DNA of 32,000 bases from Mycoplasmoides pneumoniae FH (GCF_001272835.1 NZ_CP010546.1:572809-604808); one strand, 5' to 3'. Counted from the stretch's first letter, positions 1 to 11,110 are shown. Notes: generated by a model from the letters alone, not told the origin. Program-made: numbers and translations.

Positions 1-1452
1 TAGCTGGATTTGTAAAGCAGCGTTGTGCTTCAAGGCCTTATCTAACTGTTCTTGGAGCAGGGTCATTTCAAAACTCACGGTAGGTTGTACTGGCACTACA
101 TCTTGAACAGGCAGTAGCTTGTATTCTTCCACACCCATGTAAGTTACAGGAGGTGTTTCTAGTTGAGCTTGGCGTAGTTCAATTTGGGCTTGCAATTGTT
201 GTAACTGCACTTGTTTGGTGGCAATTTCCTTGTCTAAAACGGCACTTTGATGAGCGCTGTCTTCAGCGGGTTTTATAACCACTGTTTGGCTCAAAGCATT
301 AGTTAAATTAGCCTTGTCCACCGTTGTAATCGAGAAGCTATGTTCAGCTGCAGGTGATGTCACAACAACAGGTGTAACTGGTGCAGACTCGTTGACTAAT
401 GTATGGGTGAGTGGTACTGTTACTAATTCATCGACTAACTGGGTTTGGTCAAGTGCAAAGTTAGTTGGTGCTGCTTTTGGTTGTAACGGTGCTGGAGTTA
501 CAGTGTGAGTTAAAACTGGCACTTCCACTAGTTCGTCAAGCAGTTGTGTTTGGTCTAACGGAACAGTTGTGGTAGTTGGTGCAACTGTGTCAAATACATG
601 AGGTACCTTCATTTCCGGGTACACCAAAATGGCATTACTGTCAATCGGACTGCTAAAGGTCAAGCTAACAGTAGGATCAAGTGCTGCTTGGGGTAAAGCA
701 GTTTGGGCTTGAACATCCTGTTCCACCATTTCGACATAGTCATCCAACAACATAGTTTCACTAACAGCTTTTGTGGCTGCTGGTTCTGTTGCCACACTAA
801 ACTGATGGGTATGGTTTGATGAAACTTGTTCTGATGCGTTTTTGATTTGTTGGGTTAGTTCAATGTATTCGTTGACAAGCACACTTTCATCGACTTGTTG
901 GGTTGAAGGAGTATTAAAGACCTCTTCAAACAGTACTTCCTTAGTGGCAAAGGATATAGGTATTGGTGTTGTTTCTAACTCTTTGGTGTGCACGTATTCA
1001 TCGACTAGTTGAGTTTCATCTAACTGGGGCTTGGTCGTTTGTTCGGTAATACTAGAGGGGGTAATTTCACAAAAACCAGCCTTAATTTCCTTTGTTAGTA
1101 CTTCCTGGCCTTCTTGTTCTAAAAACTCCATTGTTAGATCAACGGTTTGCGGTTTATGAACTTGGAGTTGGTTAGCGAAGTGGTTTAACACATCAACATG
1201 GGGTTGGCTTTTGACCACACCCATATCTACCATAAAGTGAAAAAAATTGCGAATTGATTGTTCTTTCTCTAACTGATCTAATTCGCCAAAGAAACTACGT
1301 TCTACAATGTTACGTTCTAGGGGAACTGTTATTGTTTCCCTTGTTGGTTCTAGGGTAATGTTACGGGTTTTGGGCATGAGTTGCTTGAGCAAACTTTGTT
1401 CGTTTAAGTTTTCGTCAAAATCGTGGATACCTAGCTCTTTTTCTGCTGTCAT
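1..1452 (-). CDS. Large acidic repeat/coiled-coil protein, N-terminal 484 codons; the gene runs off the left edge (MPN474-like from memory)
   Basis: ATG at 1452-1450 (MTAEKELGIHDFDENL...). The minus frame stays open to position 1 and is missing from the ORF track only because no stop lies inside the window. It is D/E/Q/T/V-rich, with degenerate repeats of the type QTQL(V/L)DE(L/Y)V. Confidence 0.6.
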   Translation of the reverse strand, partial: MTAEKELGIHDFDENLNEQSLLKQLMPKTRNITLEPTRETITVPLERNIVERSFFGELDQLEKEQSIRNFFHFMVDMGVVKSQPHVDVLNHFANQLQVHKPQTVDLTMEFLEQEGQEVLTKEIKAGFCEITPSSITEQTTKPQLDETQLVDEYVHTKELETTPIPISFATKEVLFEEVFNTPSTQQVDESVLVNEYIELTQQIKNASEQVSSNHTHQFSVATEPAATKAVSETMLLDDYVEMVEQDVQAQTALPQAALDPTVSLTFSSPIDSNAILVYPEMKVPHVFDTVAPTTTTVPLDQTQLLDELVEVPVLTHTVTPAPLQPKAAPTNFALDQTQLVDELVTVPLTHTLVNESAPVTPVVVTSPAAEHSFSITTVDKANLTNALSQTVVIKPAEDSAHQSAVLDKEIATKQVQLQQLQAQIELRQAQLETPPVTYMGVEEYKLLPVQDVVPVQPTVSFEMTLLQEQLDKALKHNAALQIQL

Positions 1453-1488
1453 GAATGGCACAGACCTCATCTAGTTAAGTATATTATC

Positions 1489-2838
1489 TTAGGTTTTTGC
1501 GACACCTCTTATCCGTGCATTTTTGGACTTGAAATAAAGAGTAATAGGTACAGCACTAAAACCAAAGCTTTCCCTAATCTTGTTCTCTAAAAAGCGCGCA
1601 TAGGAAAAGTGGACAAACTTAGGGTCATTACAGAACAGTACAAAGTGCGGTGTTTGACTGTGAGTTTGCACCGCATAAGTTACCTGTAACCTCCCACCCT
1701 TAAACAGGGGTGCTTGGTTAAACAGTTGTGCTTGTTGGATGACATCGTTTAACAGGGAAGTTGAAATCTTTTTGGTGAGCTGTTCCTGGATAATTTGGAG
1801 CTGTTCAAAGATGGTATGTAAGCGCTTGTTGTTTTTGACACTAATAAAAACAATGGGAGCAAAGCTGAGGTGTTGAAACTGACTTTGTAACTGCTTTTTA
1901 AACTTAGCCATCGTGTTGCTGTCCTTCTGTACTAAGTCTCATTTGTTGACCAGAATAATCACCGGAATTAAAGCGGCTTGGGCTAATCCACCGATAATCT
2001 CGTCCTGTTCACTCAACGGTTTGGAACCATCAACCATTAACAGAATAATGTTGCTCCTAGCGATTGCTAACTGGGTTTTCCCATACGAGGCCGCTTCAAT
2101 TCCGGGGGCTATTTTCCCCTTACGGCGAATCCCAGCCGTATCAATTAAAAGGTAGTTTTGCCCATTAACCCTTAAGGGAATATCAATTGCATCACGGGTA
2201 GTACCACTCTCATCGGACACTAACACCCGGTTTTGCTGCACCAGTTGGTTAATTAAAGAACTCTTGCCAACATTGGGTTTACCAATTACACAAAAGCGCA
2301 CTTCGGGATTGGTTTCACTACTACCATGGTAAGGGGGGAGTTGGTTGTCCTTAACTAGTCGATCCATTAGGTTACCAATGCCAATGCCATGGCTAGCACT
2401 CACACAAACGGGTTGGCCAAACCCAAAGCTGTAGAACTGTTGTAGGTTGGGTTCATAAGCATCTGGTTTGAGGTTTTCTGATTTATTGACGACCAACAAA
2501 ATCGGTTTGTCCTTAATCTTTTTCAATACCTTAGCTACATAAAAGTCATCACTGCTAATCTGTTCTTGGTAAGACACCAAGAAGATAATCGCATTAGCTT
2601 GACTTAAGGCTGCTCGAACTTGGACTTCAATTTGTTGTTGGAGCGGGGTCTTTTGGGAAATTAATCCCCCAGTATCAATAAAGGCAATTTGCCGCGTTAA
2701 CCATTCACCAACACCATAAATGCGGTCCCTTGTGGTATTGGGCGTATCGGAAATAATCGCGTAGGGTTTTTGGATTAAGCGATTGAACAAACTCGATTTG
2801 CCAACGTTAGGTCGGCCGATAATGGCAACAGTAAACAC
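1489..2838 (-). CDS. der: GTPase Der (EngA), 449 aa
   Basis: Track ORFs 1939-2838 and 1489-1911 are in the same frame and joined through TGA at 1939-1941. Two G domains are present (GRPNVGKSS and GKPNVGKSS) plus a C-terminal KH-like tail. GTG start at 2838; no upstream in-frame start before the TAA at 2875-2877. Confidence 0.95.
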
Positions 2839-2839
2839 C

Positions 2840-3493
2840 TTAAAGTTTAAAAACTGTACGCGCTTGTTGCACCATTAACTCGACTACTTGCTGAAAAGTA
2901 AGGTTAGAACTGTCGATGTAAATCGCATCGGGGGCTTGCACTAAGGGATCAGCAGTTCTGGAAGTATCCACCGCATCACGGTGCTTAATTTCCGCTACTA
3001 GTTCCTGAAAGGCCTTGTCACTGTCATATGCTATGCCAAGATCTTGGGCGCGTCGTTGCGCTCTTATTTCCGGTTTAGCATCCAAGAAGTACTTTAACTG
3101 CGCGTCCTTCAATACAACGGTACCAATGTCGCGTCCATCCATCACAATGTTGGTGTTTTTAGCTAACGCTTGTTGGCGCAATACCGCCATCTTACGCACT
3201 TCGGGATTGGTTGCTAAATTGCTCGCTAGTTGGGCAATTTCCTGGTTTAGGATAACCTCTGAGATATCAGCGTTGTTATAAAACACCTTTTCGTGTTCAA
3301 AGCGCCAGTTAATTTGGTTAATCACCTTTAACAAAAGGTTGACATCCAAGCGGTTGACCTGCATCACGTAAGCGAAGGCCCGGTACATTTTGCCAGTGGA
3401 AAAGTACTCAAAACCGAGCTGTCGGGCCACTGTTTTAGCAACACTAGATTTACCAGAACTACTAGGACCGTCAATGGCAATTTGAAAATACAT
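2840..3493 (-). CDS. cmk: Cytidylate kinase, 217 aa
   Basis: Intact ORF with P-loop [13 protein letters not shown] and CMP-kinase-like sequence throughout. There is a 1-nt gap to the der start. Confidence 0.93.
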   Translation of the reverse strand: MYFQIAIDGPSSSGKSSVAKTVARQLGFEYFSTGKMYRAFAYVMQVNRLDVNLLLKVINQINWRFEHEKVFYNNADISEVILNQEIAQLASNLATNPEVRKMAVLRQQALAKNTNIVMDGRDIGTVVLKDAQLKYFLDAKPEIRAQRRAQDLGIAYDSDKAFQELVAEIKHRDAVDTSRTADPLVQAPDAIYIDSSNLTFQQVVELMVQQARTVFKL

Positions 3494-3519
3494 AAATTTA
3501 ACTTAATGGGTGTAAGCAA

Positions 3520-4149
3520 TTAAAGGGAAGTGAATAAGAGGGTTAGTAAAACAACCAAACCCACTAAACTACTAATAAAGAATACTAATAAACTGAGCAA
3601 AATCCGCTTAAATAACGGGTTGTAACTGCTCGCTAAGGGCTGGCTTAAATCAGTGGTGGTAAAGCTCACTTTTTCGTTAGTGAGTGCCATTAGTGCCTTA
3701 TTATAGTTCCCCAATTGCACTACGAAAGTTTGCGTTTGCTGAATAAACTGTTGTTCGTTGTCCTCAAAAAAGCGCTTTAGGTTATCTATTTTATCCATCC
3801 CCCGGTCATCAGTAATCCAACTTTCATAACCAGTCGCGCTATCGTGGTGTTTAATTTGTAACCACAAGGCATCAGCTTGGGTGGCGATGGCTTGAAAATC
3901 CGATGTTTGGAAGTTGTTAATGAGAGTTTGCAGTGATTGTAAGACCTGATTGGGTTCACTTTTGCGTTTCACCGGATTAGCACTCAATTCACTAAAAGGC
4001 TGGTAGTGCGACAGAATTTTCGGGCTCAATTCGTCTAGTTCTACTTTTCAACTAGCGACCTGTTTTTGCGCTTTCAGTAACGCTTTTTGAACAGTCGTAT
4101 TATTGTCATCGTTCTGGCGGTAAAAGCGAAACTTCTCTAAGCGTCCCAT
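3520..4149 (-). CDS. Hypothetical protein with a C-terminal transmembrane anchor, 209 aa
   Basis: Track ORF 3520-4029 (TTG pseudo-start) extends upstream through TGA at 4048-4050 to ATG 4149-4147 ([10 protein letters not shown]...). Hydrophobic C-terminus [24 protein letters not shown]. Only 2 nt separate it from the upstream gene's stop. Confidence 0.6.
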
Positions 4150-4151
4150 TG

Positions 4152-4859
4152 CTACAGTGCATTATGCACTACTGTTTGGATGTCATCATCCTCTTCACAC
4201 GCATTTAAAAAGCGGTTTAAGAGGGTGTGTTGTTCGGCGTTAAGTTCCACCGTTAACAGCGGAATTAAGCGCAACTCACTCGCTTCAATCGTAAAACTGT
4301 TTTTAACGAGTAAATCCTTCAACGCAAAGTAACTCGGTGAATCGACCACTACTTCAAAGCTGTCATCATCTTCATTGAGATCTAACAAATTAATGTTGTT
4401 ACTAATTAACAGTTCAATTAACTCGTCTTGGGTAAAGTTATTGTGTTTAACTAGCGCAATGCCCTTTTCCTCAAAGTTAATTTTAACACTGTTGGGCTTG
4501 GCTAGCTGTGCCTTTAATTTAGCAATGTAACCGTTTAAACTACTCAACAACCGGTTCGGATTATCGGTTAGACCAAAGACAATGATGCCAACACCATTGG
4601 GACCAAAGATCTCATAGCAAAACTCGCTTAGTTTTGTGGGATCCTTTTCACTGCCATGGATGTTGCGTTTAATTGAATCCGCACTTAAACCATGAGCTAA
4701 CGCTAGTTCGACTGCCACCTTTAGCTGGGGGTTGGCATCAATGTTACTGCCACCTTTTTTGACAGCAGCAGCGATCCGCTTCGCTAACTTTTGTAGTTGC
4801 TTCGCGTTGGATTGTTGTTTTTTGTTTGTTTGACTGGCAATTAAATGCTTCCGCGGCAT
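4152..4859 (-). CDS. YebC/PmpR-family probable transcriptional regulator, 235 aa
   Basis: Intact ORF with YebC (DUF28)-like sequence: [28 protein letters not shown]... and [13 protein letters not shown]. Confidence 0.88.
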
Positions 4860-4862
4860 GAA

Positions 4863-5456
4863 TTAAAACTCATTAGCAATTGCGTCCACTTGTTTAGCGA
4901 ACATGTCCACTACTTCACTCTTACTTTTGTCCTTGTAAAGTAGCTTGGTACCATCAATGATTACACTAGCAAAACTAGCGACTCCAGCAAAACCAAACAG
5001 ACCGCGTAGACTGTTGACATGATCGCCCCATGGGTATCAACCTAACGGTGCGCCTTGGGAACCCAAAACGACTACCTTGAGGTTACCCAACATTCCTGAT
5101 GATGCGCCCTTAGTGACATACTTATCCTTAAAGGTTTTGTTTGCCACAAAGACATGGTCAATAAAGTTCTTTAACGTTGCGGGGTAGTTAAAGTTGGTCA
5201 TTGGCGCCAAGATAATAACACCGTGCGCTGCTTTGAGCGCATCAATGTACTTATCGGAGTTTTCTACAGAAAAGAAAGTTCCAGCGTTTTGGGTGTTATA
5301 GGAAATTTGTCCCACTGGTAGTTCGTTGAGGTTCCAAGTGGAGAGCTCTACGTCCTTGTTTTTAGCTTGAAAGGTAGCTAAAAAGCGTTCTAACAATAAA
5401 TGGGTGTAAGAACCACTAGGTGATACAGAAGCATCAATAATAATTACCTTCTTCAT
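4863..5456 (-). CDS. FMN-dependent NADH-azoreductase / flavodoxin-like fold protein (AzoR/AcpD-like), 197 aa
   Basis: Track ORF 5037-5456 continues through TGA at 5037-5039 (Trp) to TAA at 4863-4865. The N-terminus MKKVIIIDASVSPSGSYTHLL and the motif GVIILAPMTNFNYPATLKNFIDHV are typical of the AzoR family. Confidence 0.78.
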
Positions 5457-5483
5457 ACTGAACTAATTGTTATTGTTTAAATT

Positions 5484-8000
5484 CTACTCAGCTTTAGTTA
5501 ATTTAGCGATTAAATGATTGACTTCCGCTAATTTTTTTTGATATTCCTCTAACTTTAAAAGCTCCGCCTTAACTTTGTGCGGTGGTGCTTTTTTTAGAAA
5601 GGCAGGGTTAGTGTTAATCGCTTGACTACGTTGGACTTCCGCTAAATAAAAGCTCCGTTGTTTTTCTAAGTGGGCTAAGTTGTTGGCTGCATTGTCAACG
5701 ATTTTGATTTGGAAGCCTGGAGTTTTGTTAACTTCTATCCTAAGATCGACCCAGTTAAAGTGGAAGTAGTTTTGCACTACAGGAGCAGCTTTACCACTTA
5801 AAACAACGGTTAAATTCTGGTTAGCTACTAGTTGGTTGTTGGCCTTGTAGTGGCGCAAGCTGGACACGGCTTCAACAACATCAGCAAACAGTTTCGGTGG
5901 TTTAACTGCTTTGGCAGTTGGCCAACTTGCTTGCATGACACTGCCACTGTGAAACTGTTGGTAGATCCGTTCCGCCAAGAAGGGAGTAACGGTACTTAGC
6001 ATAACGACCGCCGTACTTAAAACAGTTTTAGCAGTTGTGTACAGCTGGGGTAAAAGTGCCGTGTCCTCTTGCTTAATCGTTTCAATGAAGGTATTGCAAA
6101 AATCATTTCAAATAAAGTTGACTAACGCTTGGTTGGCCAAAGCTAACTGGTACTTGTCTAATAACTTGGTGGTTTGGACAATGAGTTGTTTCAATTTAGC
6201 CCAGATCCAGCGCTCACTCAATGTAGAGGGTAAGTGAGTACTTGGTACAGTTTTGGCTTGTTCTCCTAACTGCAACACGTACTTGGTCACATTCCACAAC
6301 TTGTTCAAGAAGTTAGCGGCACTCTTTAACTTCTGTTCGTTGAAGATTAAATCATCACCCGGAGTGTGATTGGAAGTTAAGAATAAGCGCGTGGCATCGG
6401 CCCCATAATCACGGATTAAGTCCATTGGGTTAATCCCGTTGTTTAGGGACTTGGACATTTTGCGGTTTTGGGCATCGCGGACTAGACCGTGAATTAACAC
6501 TTGTTTAAAAGGTAACTGCTTGGTTTGAAAGTACGAGTTAAAGGTCATCCGTAAGACCCAAAAGAAGAGGATGTCATACCCGGTTACCAAAAGATCAGTT
6601 GGCACAAAGTGCTTGTTTTTGTGTCAGTCTAAACAAATTAACGGTCACAGTGATGAGGAAAATCAGGTATCGAGTACATCGGTGGACTGGGTGTAGTTTT
6701 GCTTATCAGTTGGTGCAGTACTGCCCACATGCAACGCACCACTTTGTTTATGTGTTCACACCGGAATAGGGTGACCCCAAATTAATTGGCGCGATATGCA
6801 CCACGGTTTGAGCTGACTCAACCACCTTGTTACCTGTTTGTTAAAACGCTTGGGAATTAACTCGGGGTATTTCTTAATGGCGAGTGCTTTTTTGAGTTTC
6901 GGTAAATCGACAAACCACTGCTTGGATAATAACGGTTCTACGACCGTGTCACTGCGCTCGGAAAAACCAACGTTACTGGTTAGTGGCATAGTTTTCACTA
7001 GTAGTTTTTGCGTTTGTAAAAACTCGACTACCTGCTGACGTGCTGCACTTACGGTTAAACCAGTAAATTGCTTAGCGTGCTCATTTAACAAACCATTGTG
7101 GTCAATGCAACTTACAAACGGTAAACGGTACTTTTCGTTTAAGGCAAAGTCGTTAAAGTCATGGGCGGGGGTGCACTTCAACACACCGGTGCCAAACTTC
7201 TTGTCGACATAACTATCGGTGAACACTGGCATTAACGCACCAGTGAGCGGATTAACTACCTTTTGTTTGACAAAGCTGTGGTAGTGCTTGTCTTTGGGAT
7301 GGACAAACAAACACACATCAACAAAGATCGTTTCTGGTCTAGTAGTTGCCACCACTAAACGTTTTTTGGGATTATTAGCTAACTTATAAGCAATGTAATA
7401 CAGCTGTTGGTCAACTGGTTTATTAATGACTTCAATGTTCGAGATGGCAGTGTTTAGCTTGGTGTCCCAGTTAACCAAGGTTTCAGCTTGGTAGATAAAG
7501 CCCTGTTCAAACAACTGGATGAAACTATCGTTGACAATTTGACTCGCTTTTTTGGACAGGGTAAAGTTAACCTGGTTTCAGTTTAAGGATGCCCCTAAAC
7601 TTTTGAGCTGACTTTGAATGGTGTCCCCTTGTGTTAAGGCCCAATCCATAATCATTTTGACCTTTTGTTTACGCGGCGCTTGGAAGTACTCGGGATTAGT
7701 TTCCCGTGCTAACTTTTCGTATTTGGTTTGCGTAGCAATCCCCGCATGGTCAAATCCGGGAATCCAGTTCACGCCATAACCCCGCAGTCGCTTAAAGCGC
7801 ATAATTTGGTCAGTGATACTCACTTCAAAGGCATGACCAATGTGCAGCGTACCCGTTAAGTTTGGTGGGGGGAGAATGGCAGTGAAGGGTACCTTGTTTT
7901 TTTGTGGTTTAAAAAAACTAGCACTGCTTCAACTATCATAAAGACCAGTGCTCACTGTTTTGAAGTCGTATTGACCTTGAAAACTAAATTGCTTGTCCAT
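5484..8000 (-). CDS. valS: Valyl-tRNA synthetase, 838 aa
   Basis: Four track fragments (5484-6002, 6108-6605, 6756-7514, 7578-7823) share one frame. I checked the TGA at each of the three fragment-boundary stops (6108, 6756, 7578) and hand-translated the 6606-6758 gap, which holds three further in-frame TGA. The other gaps were not fully translated. HIGH motif (TLHIGHAF), KMSKS motif, and DVLDTWFSS spanning a TGA-rich stretch (6606-6758). ATG at 8000-7998 (MDKQFSFQGQYDF...); TAG at 5484-5486. Confidence 0.95.
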
Positions 8001-8565
8001 CTGCTTTAAATAACTCAAAGATTTGTTTGTGCATTACTTGGAGGTTATACCCGGTTTTGGCACTAACAAATAAACACTTATTAGGATTGACTTTTAAAAA
8101 GTGTGCCAGTTTATTCTGGGTATGAAAGCGCTCGCTTTGGTTGAGCTTATCAAACTTATTGGCTATCACCAAAAAATTTAACCCCGTTTGGAGAATGGTT
8201 TTGACCACTTCCTGGTCCTGAACGGTCACTACACCGCTGTCAATCACTAGTACCACACCAGTTAAGTTTTGGCGAAAATTGAGGAACTGCGTTAATAAAT
8301 TAGTAATTGCTTCCTTTTGCACTTTACTCAGTTTAGCAAAGCCATAACCTGGTAAATCGACAAAGCGTTTACGGTTGTATTCAAAGAAGTTTAACAGTTG
8401 TGTACGTCCCGGCGTCGCGGAAGTTTTAGCTAGCTTTTTTTGAAAAAAGGCATTAATGAGGCTTGATTTGCCGACATTACTCCGCCCCATAAAACAGACT
8501 TCCTTAACACTGTCTTGGGGACAACTCTCTAAGTCACTTGCACTTTTTAAAAAACGTGCCTCCAT
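7984..8565 (-). CDS. engB: GTP-binding protein EngB (YsxC/YihA), 193 aa
   Basis: Intact ORF with G1 motif [18 protein letters not shown] and NKFDK. Its 3' end overlaps the valS start by 17 nt. Confidence 0.9.
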   Translation of the reverse strand: MEARFLKSASDLESCPQDSVKEVCFMGRSNVGKSSLINAFFQKKLAKTSATPGRTQLLNFFEYNRKRFVDLPGYGFAKLSKVQKEAITNLLTQFLNFRQNLTGVVLVIDSGVVTVQDQEVVKTILQTGLNFLVIANKFDKLNQSERFHTQNKLAHFLKVNPNKCLFVSAKTGYNLQVMHKQIFELFKADGQAI

Positions 8566-8572
8566 TTATTAA

Positions 8573-8794
8573 TTACTTCTGGTTTTTAATGGAGCGCATA
8601 ATTTCCTTGACTTGTGTTTCAGAAAGCTTACGACCCATTTTGGCATACATCGCCTTAATTTGGTTTTCGGTGATTGGTGGGTTATCACGAATCTGTTTTT
8701 TAAAGATTTTGATAGAAATAAAATAGCCAATAATGACACCGACTAACAGGGAAAGGGGAATTCCCAAACCTAAGGCAAGCGCAAGATCATTCAT
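8573..8794 (-). CDS. UPF0154 (YneF-like) small membrane protein, 73 aa
   Basis: Intact ORF with an N-terminal TM helix followed by IRDNPPITENQIKAMYAKMGRKLSETQVKEIMRSIK, the signature I associate with the UPF0154 family. Confidence 0.72.
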   Translation of the reverse strand: MNDLALALGLGIPLSLLVGVIIGYFISIKIFKKQIRDNPPITENQIKAMYAKMGRKLSETQVKEIMRSIKNQK

Positions 8795-8852
8795 ATCTAT
8801 ATCTTAATCTTAATCCTCTCTAGAATCTTATAAAATCAGAATAGCGTAATTA

Positions 8853-9878
8853 ATGAACAAGCTAATTAGCATTCTGGTTCCTTGTTACCAATCCCAGCCC
8901 TTTCTCGATCGCTTTTTCAAATCACTTTTAAAGCAAGACTGGAACGGTGTTAAAGTAATCTTCTTTAATGATAACAAGCCAGATCCAACATACGAGATCC
9001 TAAAACAATTTCAACAAGCACATCCACAACTAGCGATTGAAGTACATTGTGGTGAGAAAAATGTCGGTGTAGGCGGTTCACGTGATCAACTAATAAATTA
9101 TGTAGACACACCCTACTTTTACTTTGTTGATCCTGATGATGAATTTAGTGATCCCAACTGTTTTAAGGCAATAGTGGAAACAATTCAAGGAGAAAACTTT
9201 GATATTGCAGTGTTAAACAGTATTGTTTACCTCCAAATGTTGAAGAATGACTTTTTAATTAAACACATTCCGCTCAAAAACATCTTTCAGGGCAAGGTAA
9301 AACTCAATCCTGATAACACCGTAAATCATTTGCACTATATCCAGAATAACGACCAGTACATTTGGAACATTGTCATCAACACCGCCTTTTTCAAAGCATT
9401 GGATTTGCAGTTTGTTAACCGCTTTATTGAAGACATTGCGGTGTGGTTTCCGATTATGTTTAAAGCCCAAAAAGTGCTGTGAATTGATGTAAATGGGGTT
9501 AACTATTACTTGCGACCGAACAGTGCTTCCACCCAGAAAAACAGCATTAAATTACTCTCCTTTATTGAGGCTTACGAACGGTTGTATTTCCACTTAAAGA
9601 AGGTGGGTAAGCTAGCTGATTTTATTGACCCTAACAATAAGATTGAAAGTCGTTTTTGACGGCGTCAAGCCTTCATTTGGTTTAGTTTTATTAATGTTTC
9701 ATGGATGAAAGCGGAATTTGAACAGACCAAAAGTGTGTTGCAAAAACTGTTTGACTTCATGGAAGCCAACGGCATCTACGACAGGGTATTTACTAATAAG
9801 CACCACGGTATTTACTTATTGTGAGTTAACCGCTTAAAACACTTTAAGAAGTTAGTGCAAGCACAACCACATCTATAA
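8853..9878 (+). CDS. Family 2 glycosyltransferase, 341 aa (MPN483-like glycolipid glycosyltransferase from memory)
   Basis: Track ORF 8853-9482 continues through three in-frame TGA (9480, 9657, 9822) to TAA at 9876-9878. GT-A N-terminus ISILVPCYQSQPFLDRFFKSLLKQ and DxD-like VDPDDEF. Confidence 0.85.
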
Positions 9879-9888
9879 GTTTTGTGTT

Positions 9889-10125
9889 CTAACAAGCTAA
9901 AGCTTCGAGTAGCTTTTTAAAAAGTTGTTCTCTTTCTAGAGTTTGTTTTCCATCTTGGGCTTGTACAACCATTTCCTTTTGATTAGCGTGAATCTTTATG
10001 TAAAGTGTGCGTTTATTATCTTCATTGGCTTCGTTAAAAGCTACAAATGAAATTAGCTCACTTTGATTGAGTGAATTCATTGCGTGATCAATAAAAGGTA
10101 GTTTGATAATTTTTTTATTTTTCAT
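9889..10125 (-). CDS. Hypothetical small protein, 78 aa from ATG 10125 (the track start at 10185 is a TTG)
   Basis: Open frame only; no recognisable domain. It lies at the edge of the RepMP1-like island, convergent with the glycosyltransferase. Confidence 0.3.
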   Translation of the reverse strand: MKNKKIIKLPFIDHAMNSLNQSELISFVAFNEANEDNKRTLYIKIHANQKEMVVQAQDGKQTLEREQLFKKLLEALAC

Positions 10126-10320
10126 AATTAATATTTGTTTTTTGGAGATTGAAAAAATAGCTACCACTTGCAACTCGGTTGCCAACAGGGATCAGACGTT
10201 TTGCTTATCAATTAAAAAAATAAAAGATTTGCATTTTGCTCCTCCACTAAATAAATTGAACTGAGACTTTATATGTGACAACAAAATTACCAAAAATTTT
10301 TTTGAATATTTTTTAGATAA

Positions 10321-10363
10321 ATAAAAATACCAACAACTGACATATAAAAATCAACTGCTGGTA
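10321..10363 (-). terminator. Rho-independent terminator of DUF16 gene A
   Basis: On the minus strand: UACCAGCAGUUGA, a 10-nt loop, UCAGUUGUUGGUA (13 bp including G-U pairs), then UUUUUAU. It starts about 20 nt after the TAG at 10383-10385. Confidence 0.55.
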
Positions 10364-10382
10364 CTTTTATTTTGGGTTGAAT

Positions 10383-10805
10383 CTACTTAGACTCCAAACG
10401 ATCCAAACGTTTGTTAATTACTTGAAGAGTTTCAAGAATTAACTTAAGCGTTTCCCCTTGGGTTTGAATTTGTTCGCCCTGCTTTTCAACAGTTTCAGTG
10501 AGCTTATTTATTTGTTCACCCTGAAGAATTGAAACTTTGATTAGCTGACTAATTTGTTCACCTTGAGAAACCAAAGTGTTCTCAATTTTTATCAGCCGCT
10601 GATTGTTGGAATTTTTGAAATCATTAAACTGCTTTTGGGTAACGTAACCACTTTTTCGTTTTTCCATATGGTTTAAATTGCCATAAAAGCCCATGTCATA
10701 GCTGCCATCAGGTAGATCTTCGATTCAGGCTTTTGATGTTTTAATCTTATCTTTTTTCAAATTTCTTTTAAACAAAGTAATTGAAATTTCACGTTTAATG
10801 ATCAA
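10383..10805 (-). CDS. DUF16 / UPF0134 family coiled-coil protein (start uncertain)
   Basis: Track ORF 10383-10694 carries QGEQI(N/S)(K/Q)L heptad-type repeats and the ...RLDRLESK C-terminus typical of DUF16. The frame stays open upstream through TGA 10725-10727 to TAA 10818-10820. No upstream ATG exists. TTG at 10805-10803 sits right after AAAGGAGG. ATG 10694 is the conservative alternative. Confidence 0.68.
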
Positions 10806-11110
10806 ATCCTCCTTTCTTTACAAGATTTAAAAAACTACAACGTGCAACAATGTTGCCAGAGGATATCAACTGCTTGGTTGATCCAGTAATTTTCTTGAAA
10901 TACTTCATAACGATCATTTCACTAAATAAATTGAGTAGTTGATTTGGAAGTAACAAGTAGAATTTCTGAAATTTTTGAAGAGTCAAAAAATCTATTCATG
11001 AAATTAATTGAATGAAATTCAGGTAACAAGGCCTTTTCAAACTAAAAAAGCGCTTTTGCCGCCCTACTAATTAATCAATTGCGTAAATCAAATTGAAACG
11101 CCAAATTTAT

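Larger units (their letters stand above)
10186..11110 (-). repeat. RepMP1-like repetitive island A (carries the DUF16 gene)
   Basis: It shares with 29865-31237 the 15-nt core CACTAAATAAATTGA (10245-10259 and 10920-10934), the AAAGAAAGGAGG box upstream of the DUF16 gene, a DUF16 coding region and a homologous terminator hairpin. Boundaries are approximate. Confidence 0.45.

Noticed and set aside
314-508. Plus-strand ORFs antisense to housekeeping genes: 314-508, 1913-2155, 3015-3281, 6037-6237, 6838-7038, 8538-8726, 14709-14942, 17895-18269, 18922-19182, 19288-19587, 22073-22366, 22607-22867, 24022-24276, 25767-26012 and 26564-26776.
   Set aside because: Each lies fully within a strongly supported gene on the opposite strand, mostly uses TTG or GTG pseudo-starts, and shows no recognisable similarity.
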